This document shows, one piece after another, positions 58,694-64,000 of a stretch of 64,000 nucleotides of DNA (positions within the stretch are counted from its first letter, which is position 1; every line of letters begins with the position of its first letter). Below the pieces are notes generated by a model. It saw nothing but the letters and a program-made list of their open reading frames with translations, ran no database searches and was not told the origin of the DNA. The translations under genes were made by a program, and so were the position numbers. The stretch is from Candidatus Cloacimonadales bacterium (lineage in GTDB: Bacteria; Cloacimonadota; Cloacimonadia; Cloacimonadales; DAONDQ01), in assembly GCA_963662275.1 (NCBI GenBank), contig OY759316.1, forward strand, positions 2,688,001 to 2,752,000. Direction: 5' to 3'.

Positions 58694-60474
58694 GACTCAA
58701 TCAGCTTTATTCCCAACTCTTTTAACTGGTCATTAGCGACCAGGCTCGGTGCCTGGCTCATCAGATCGACAGCCTTCAGTGTCTTTGGAAATGCGATGAC
58801 GTCTCTGATGGAATTGGCGTGGGAAAGGATCATCACGAGACGTTCAATTCCATAAGCAATCCCGCCATGAGGTGGTGTGCCGTATTGCAGCGCATTCAGG
58901 AAATAACCGAACTTCTCTTCCAAATCCTGTGGCTCGAAGCCAAGAACAGCAAAAATCCTCTTCTGTATATCCAGCCTGTGACAGCGAATGCTGCCTGAGG
59001 CTAATTCCATGCCGTTACAAACCATATCGTACAACTGACCGAGTATCTTTCCATAGTTTTCAGGCTGGTCAAAATAGAGCAGGTCTTCTTCGCGTGGAAG
59101 GGTGAACATATGATGTGCAGGTTCCCAACGCTTTTCTTCCTCATTGTAATCAAAGATCGGGAAGTCAACGATCCAGGCGAAAGCATAAGCATTTTCATCA
59201 TACAGCTTCAGCATTCTGCCCAGCTCATTCCTCACACCGGCTAACACTTTGCATACCATCTTCCAGCTATCAGCTCCGAAGAATAACAGGTCACCCGGCT
59301 TGGCTGCCATTTTCATGCTGATCTCGGTCACTTCCTTTTCAGTCAGGAACTTGGCAATTCCACCTTCAAAACCGGTTTCCGTGACTTTCGTGAAAGCCAG
59401 TCCCTTTCCACCCAAGTGCTTTGCGAGGTCAATCATCGCATCTGTCTGCTTCCTTGTGAAATCAGCACAACCGGGAGCTTTCAGGCAACGAACGACACCA
59501 CCGGTTTCCAATGTAGATTGAAAGACCTGGAAGGTACTGTCTTTGACGATTTCAGATATTTCTTCTATTTCCATGGCAAAACGCAAGTCTGGTTTATCCG
59601 TTCCGTATTTATCCATGGAAACCTGGTAAGGAATCCTAGGGAAGGGCATTTCCAATTCAACGCCGATCAGTTCTTTGAAAAGTAGCTTGAACATCGCTTC
59701 CATGAGTGTAAAAATATCATTCTGGGTGATGAAACTCATTTCCACATCGAGCTGTGAAAACTCCGGCTGCCTGTCTGCACGCAGGTCTTCATCACGGAAA
59801 CAGCGGGCAATCTGGAAATACCTGTCCATACCGCCGATCATCAGCAATTGCTTATAAATTTGAGGAGACTGTGGTAGCGCATAGAACTTGCCCTGCTGAA
59901 CACGGCTGGGAACAAGATAATCACGCGCACCTTCAGGAGTACTCTTCATCAGTATGGGCGTTTCAATTTCAAAGAAACCCATGTGATTCATGAAGTCACG
60001 CATCAAAGAGATCATATTGTGCCTGAGAATGATGTTCTTCTGCAATTCAGGACGGCGAAGGTCAAGATAGCGGTATTCGAGACGAAGGTCTTCATCACTC
60101 ATATTCTGCTCACTCAACTGCACAGGGGAAGGCTCAGCATCATTCAGCACAAGGATTGTACTTGCTTCCACTTCGATCTCACCTGTAGGCATATTTTTAT
60201 TGATCTGTTTCTCGTCACGGCGTCGAACTACACCTTGTACAGCGATCACATACTCGTTCCTGACATCATGCGCCTTCTCACTGGCTTCCAGTTGTTCCGG
60301 ACGGACAACGACCTGGACAATACCGCTTACATCCCGCAGATCGATGAAAGTCAATCCGCCTAAATCTCTTCTTTTATGCACCCAACCCATCAGGGTCACA
60401 GGTAAATCAACTAAATCACTATTCACAATTCCGCAATAACATGTACGCTTCAGATTTCCTAAAAGGTCTAACAT
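58690..60474 (-). CDS. aspS: Aspartate--tRNA ligase
   Basis: GWVHKRRDLGG, STPEGARDY, LPQSPQ, FRDEDLRADRQPEF, PPHGGIAYG. Confidence 0.97.
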   Translation of the reverse strand: MLDLLGNLKRTCYCGIVNSDLVDLPVTLMGWVHKRRDLGGLTFIDLRDVSGIVQVVVRPEQLEASEKAHDVRNEYVIAVQGVVRRRDEKQINKNMPTGEIEVEASTILVLNDAEPSPVQLSEQNMSDEDLRLEYRYLDLRRPELQKNIILRHNMISLMRDFMNHMGFFEIETPILMKSTPEGARDYLVPSRVQQGKFYALPQSPQIYKQLLMIGGMDRYFQIARCFRDEDLRADRQPEFSQLDVEMSFITQNDIFTLMEAMFKLLFKELIGVELEMPFPRIPYQVSMDKYGTDKPDLRFAMEIEEISEIVKDSTFQVFQSTLETGGVVRCLKAPGCADFTRKQTDAMIDLAKHLGGKGLAFTKVTETGFEGGIAKFLTEKEVTEISMKMAAKPGDLLFFGADSWKMVCKVLAGVRNELGRMLKLYDENAYAFAWIVDFPIFDYNEEEKRWEPAHHMFTLPREEDLLYFDQPENYGKILGQLYDMVCNGMELASGSIRCHRLDIQKRIFAVLGFEPQDLEEKFGYFLNALQYGTPPHGGIAYGIERLVMILSHANSIRDVIAFPKTLKAVDLMSQAPSLVANDQLKELGIKLIES

Positions 60475-60598
60475 CTATAACTCCTTATCTATGTTTTGAA
60501 TGAATTAATCAGCTTTATCTATCTAATTTACTTGCTATTATACATTTGTGCAAAAAATACTTAGGAAAGGGATTGGACAAGTTATTTTTTGCAGAAGG

Positions 60599-60870
60599 TG
60601 ACAGCGTACAGGGTACAGGGTACAGCGGACAGGGTACAGCGGACAGGGTACAGCGTACAGCGTACAGGGAACAGCGTACAGGGTACAGGGTACAGCGGAC
60701 AGGGTACAGCGGACAGGGTACAGCGTACAGGGAACAGCGTACAGAGTACAGGGTACAGCGTACAGGGTACAGCGTACAGGGTACAGCGTACAGGGAACAG
60801 CGTACAGCGTACAGGGTACAGCGTACAGGGAACAGCGTACAGCGTACAGGGAACAGCGTACAGCGTACAG
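60599..60870 (+). repeat. Heptamer tandem array (GTACAGS / GGACAGG / GAACAGC) ~39 units
   Basis: Continuous 7-bp periodicity upstream of aspS. Confidence 0.95.
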
Positions 60871-60965
60871 AGGTGGTGCGCTGTGTTTCCTCCCCCCTTG
60901 GGAAGGGGGGCAGGGGGGTCATATCGGTGGACTGGGCGAATTCCTTTCGCCTTCGATCTATAACT

Positions 60966-61304
60966 TGGAGTTCAACTTGCCAATATGACTATCATTTGAT
61001 TTAGATGTAAAAGGCAAGTTGGACTTCAAGCCCGAAATTCAACAACCTAATTGAGAGTATGGAGTTCATATTTCCTTCGAATCTTTTACGAACACTCAAC
61101 TAAAAGGAAATGTGGACTTCATCTCGACCTTTCATCCAGCTAAGGTTTGGAGTTCAATTTCCCAAACAAGACTGTCGATTTACAAAAGGCTTAAAGGGAA
61201 AATGGACTTTAAACCGAAATTTAACAAACCAGCTAAGTTTATGAAGTCCACATGCCCTATTAGTCAGGTATTCAATGATAGTAAGCTTGGGCAATTGGAC
61301 TCCA
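60966..61304 (+). repeat. Tandem array of four ~63-nt hairpin elements (three plus, one minus)
   Basis: Units at 60966-61028, 61060-61121, 61148-61211, 61242-61304; linkers 31, 26 and 30 nt. Confidence 0.9.
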
Positions 61305-61616
61305 GATACTTGTTCCCATTCCTCCCTTTGGATAAAGGGAGGTGACCTTCAGGTCGGAGAGTTTGAAAAGCTGAATGATAGTACCATCACTTGGTGCATA
61401 TTCCGCTCAGAAAAGCCACCTTGTCCGATTAAGTTGAGCCAGTGCTCCACTATAATTGAGCCATACTATATTGTCTTTTTGAGCCACACTACGTATCTGA
61501 TCGCCATATAACATAATATCTGCAGTGTTTGGCAAGATTCTGTTCCGGCTGCTGCGGAGAGAGGACGTAGTCCGAGCGAAGCAGCAGCCGGAACGTTGCG
61601 CCTAATGGGCAATAGG

Positions 61617-62372
61617 CTATTTTCTATTGATTTGTTTTATTCCCTTGCGTTCTCTCATTGACATCTTCCCATCGATAAATATATGGTGAGAGTTATGAAC
61701 AAGCCGGTCAAGGATGGCATCAGCGAGAGTGGGTTGTCCAATCTTCTCGTGCCATCCTCCGGTTTTGAACTGAGAGCACAAGACCGTAGATGCTTTGGAA
61801 TACCTCATCTCGACTATTTCAAAGAGATCTTTAGCTTCCTGTTCGTTTATCCTGGTTAACAGCCATTCATCAAGTATCAGCAGTTTCGCATTTACATATC
61901 TGTCTATGACTCTTTGATGCCCGCCTTCACAACGACTAACAGCGAGGTCATCCAACAGTTCAGGCAGGCGGACGTATTTTACAGTGAAGTATTTCTTGCA
62001 GGCAGCTATGCCAAATGCGCAAGCCAGCCATGTTTTACCGCTTCCCGATGCTCCGGTGATGATGATATTCTCATTCTCTCCAATAAAAGAACATGACGCC
62101 AATTCAACGATTGCACTACGATCAAGTTTCCTGTCTTCATGGTAGTCAATATCTGCTATACTCGCATTACTGAACTTGAAGCCGGCACCGTGAATCAGAC
62201 GTTTAAGCCTATTATTCTTGCGCTTATCCCATTCTATATCAACCAGCATGCCAAAGCGCTCGTCAAAGCTGTAGTTTTCCAGTGATTTATCGTTAACCTG
62301 ATTTCGGTAGGCATCTGCCATGCCATTTAACAGCATCTCTCGAAGTTTAATGATAGTAGTATTATTAGTCAT
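61617..62372 (-). CDS. istB: IS21 helper AAA+ ATPase
   Basis: GASGSGKT, LLILDEW, ADAILDRLVH, SMRE. Confidence 0.93.
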   Translation of the reverse strand: MTNNTTIIKLREMLLNGMADAYRNQVNDKSLENYSFDERFGMLVDIEWDKRKNNRLKRLIHGAGFKFSNASIADIDYHEDRKLDRSAIVELASCSFIGENENIIITGASGSGKTWLACAFGIAACKKYFTVKYVRLPELLDDLAVSRCEGGHQRVIDRYVNAKLLILDEWLLTRINEQEAKDLFEIVEMRYSKASTVLCSQFKTGGWHEKIGQPTLADAILDRLVHNSHHIFIDGKMSMRERKGIKQINRK

Positions 62373-63917
62373 TTTCGTTTCTCCCGTAGTAACCTGATTC
62401 CCGGCTGATGGCATACTCTGAGCTTTGCACCGCTTCAGCATCATTATCGGTGCTTCTCTTCTGTTCATTTGAGTTTAGAATAGTCTTGATGATTCTGTAA
62501 CTCGGATTTGGTGTGTAGCTTAATGCTCTCTGACAGGCATTTTCCAAATTTTGACAGCCGTACTTTTTTGAAGCGCTTAGCACAGCCATGCAAGTGCGAT
62601 AACCTTGCTGTTCAACCCTGCATGATCCCAGGATTGACTTGATTACCAACTCAGTGCTTGTTCCAAGAGTACAAGCCCAGTCAACAAAACTATCTGCATC
62701 CCATTTCCGGTATTCCTGATGATCCTTGGGCATATGTTCGGCATTGGTCTGATATCGCTCAGAGTTTCCCTCCAAGCCCCTGGGGGAGGCTATTCTGACT
62801 GAATTGTAAAAGACCTCCACCACCCTGGCGGTTAGGCGAATATCCACTTTGTGGTGGATATATTCATAAGGCACTGAATAATACTTCTTATCAACCATAA
62901 TGTGATAGTTGTAACCAACCGTTGCTGTAGCCCATGTAGCCAGTTCATAAGCCGCCTCCGGCAAGGGAAGCAGCTGCTCTCGTTCTTCTTGCCAAAATAC
63001 GCTTTCACGGGAGCCATCTTTGACCTGGAAAGGCTGAAAGGCTTACTGTTAAATTCAGCCAACTTTTCCCTGATTGCCTTATTGAGTTCTCTAAGCGAGA
63101 AGAAACTCCTGTTGCGAAGAGCAGCCAGAATCCAGGTCGAGATAATACCTACTGTCCCTTCAGCACTTGCCTTATCCTTGGGATGCCTGACCCTGGCAGG
63201 GATGACCACTGTATTGTAGTAATTAGCCAGTTCATTATATGTCCTGTTGATTACACTGCCTCCACTGGATACCCGCTCCACACCAGTCTTGAGGTTGTCA
63301 GGTACCAGTATTTTTGCCACTCCGCTCATATATTGAAAACAGTTTACATGAGCCTGAATCCAGTTACACAGACTCATATTGGGAAGTGCTTCAACATAAG
63401 CATAGCCACTATAGGGCAAAACAGCGACAAAGACTGGAACTTTAAGCTGTGCCCCGGTAAGATTGTTTGTCAAATACGCAGATTGACCTGCCCAATCAAC
63501 CTCAAGCTTCTCACCCGGCTTGTGATGAATGCGCATGGTTGCCTTGGTTTGATGAGCATATTCCGTGTAAAGCTCGCAGAATCGACTGTATTGATAGGGT
63601 ATCGTCTGATTCTGACGGCATAACTCCGAATATTCATGCCATAACAACGACAAGGTTACACCGCTTTTACCCAATTCCTTGTGAATATGCTCAAAATCAG
63701 GCATCCTGCGACAACCTTCGATATTTACAATGGGAAATAGCATCTTCCCCAATTCCCTGTCACTAATTGTATCAGAAATTGGACAGAAAACAGCTTGTTG
63801 GGCTGCTGCCCTCAGCACCTTGGATACGGTATTGCGGGAGCACGGCAGGCTTTGAGCAATATTCCTTTCACTAATTCCTTGCGCCTGTAAACGCAAGATT
63901 TCTCGATAATTGGTCAT
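62365..63917 (-). pseudogene. istA: IS21 transposase, frameshifted by an 8-bp duplication
   Basis: EVDWAG, PDNLKTGV, PKDKASAEG (DDE); two ORFs (63917-62832, 62964-62365) join if one GAAAGGCT copy at 63028-63043 is removed. Confidence 0.9.
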
Positions 63918-64000
63918 TTTGTGACCTCCATTGTGTTATTTGCGCTCTTCAGCGCATTGCCACATGGTTAATCACACTCTGATTTATGCAAGGTGGCTCA

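Larger units (their letters stand above)
61395..64000 (-). mobile_element. IS21-family insertion sequence (other end outside the window)
   Basis: istA-istB pair; end TGCATATTCCG at 61395 followed by repeated (G/A)AGCCA sub-terminal motifs; GGTGGCTCA motif recurs at the window end. Confidence 0.88.

Noticed and set aside
60515..61004. ORFs 60515-60922, 60546-61004 and 60589-60963
   Set aside because: Open only because the heptamer array lacks stops; low-complexity products without a convincing RBS.
60966..61304. CRISPR array or integron attC array
   Set aside because: The repeats are alternating inverted arms, one unit is flipped and the loops are partly homologous. There are no RYYYAAC/GTTRRRY cores, cassette ORFs, cas genes or intI.

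Overview
64-kb chromosomal window from an AT-rich, anaerobic, diderm bacterium. Gene content and style suggest Cloacimonadota or a relative, but that is inference only. Most of the window is housekeeping or metabolic: the start of a nuoE/nuoF/2Fe-2S-GltD operon (StnABC-like bifurcating oxidoreductase), udk, lpxL, trxA, rph, surE-pcm, a Bacteroidetes-type serine palmitoyltransferase-like gene, a TetR-TolC-MFP-RND efflux operon, a PLP Cys/Met enzyme-thrC-apgM operon, two M16 peptidases, pyrR-pyrF, a ferredoxin, ddl, a FecR/beta-barrel/CHASE2-adenylate cyclase cluster, gmhA, tRNA-Asn, a CoA-disulfide reductase-rhodanese-TusA-DsrE fusion, cobB, aspS and a frameshifted IS21. The most unusual content is non-coding or repeat-derived. 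(1) At least 11 copies of a 61-64-nt element have 16-bp covarying, strand-asymmetric inverted arms and a 29-32-nt loop; four form a tandem array at 60966-61304. (2) There is a 124-bp near-identical MITE-like module (3 copies), several GTAG-REP families that often overlap stop codons, and 7-mer and 11-mer tandem repeats. (3) A PurN-MtaB fusion has a 136-codon linker made of an in-frame array of REP plus heptamer repeats. (4) A surface lipoprotein with an FGE/C-type-lectin domain has a 3' end with the codon signature of a diversity-generating-retroelement variable region, but no RT or template repeat is visible in the window. Product calls come from motif recognition only; no database searches were run.
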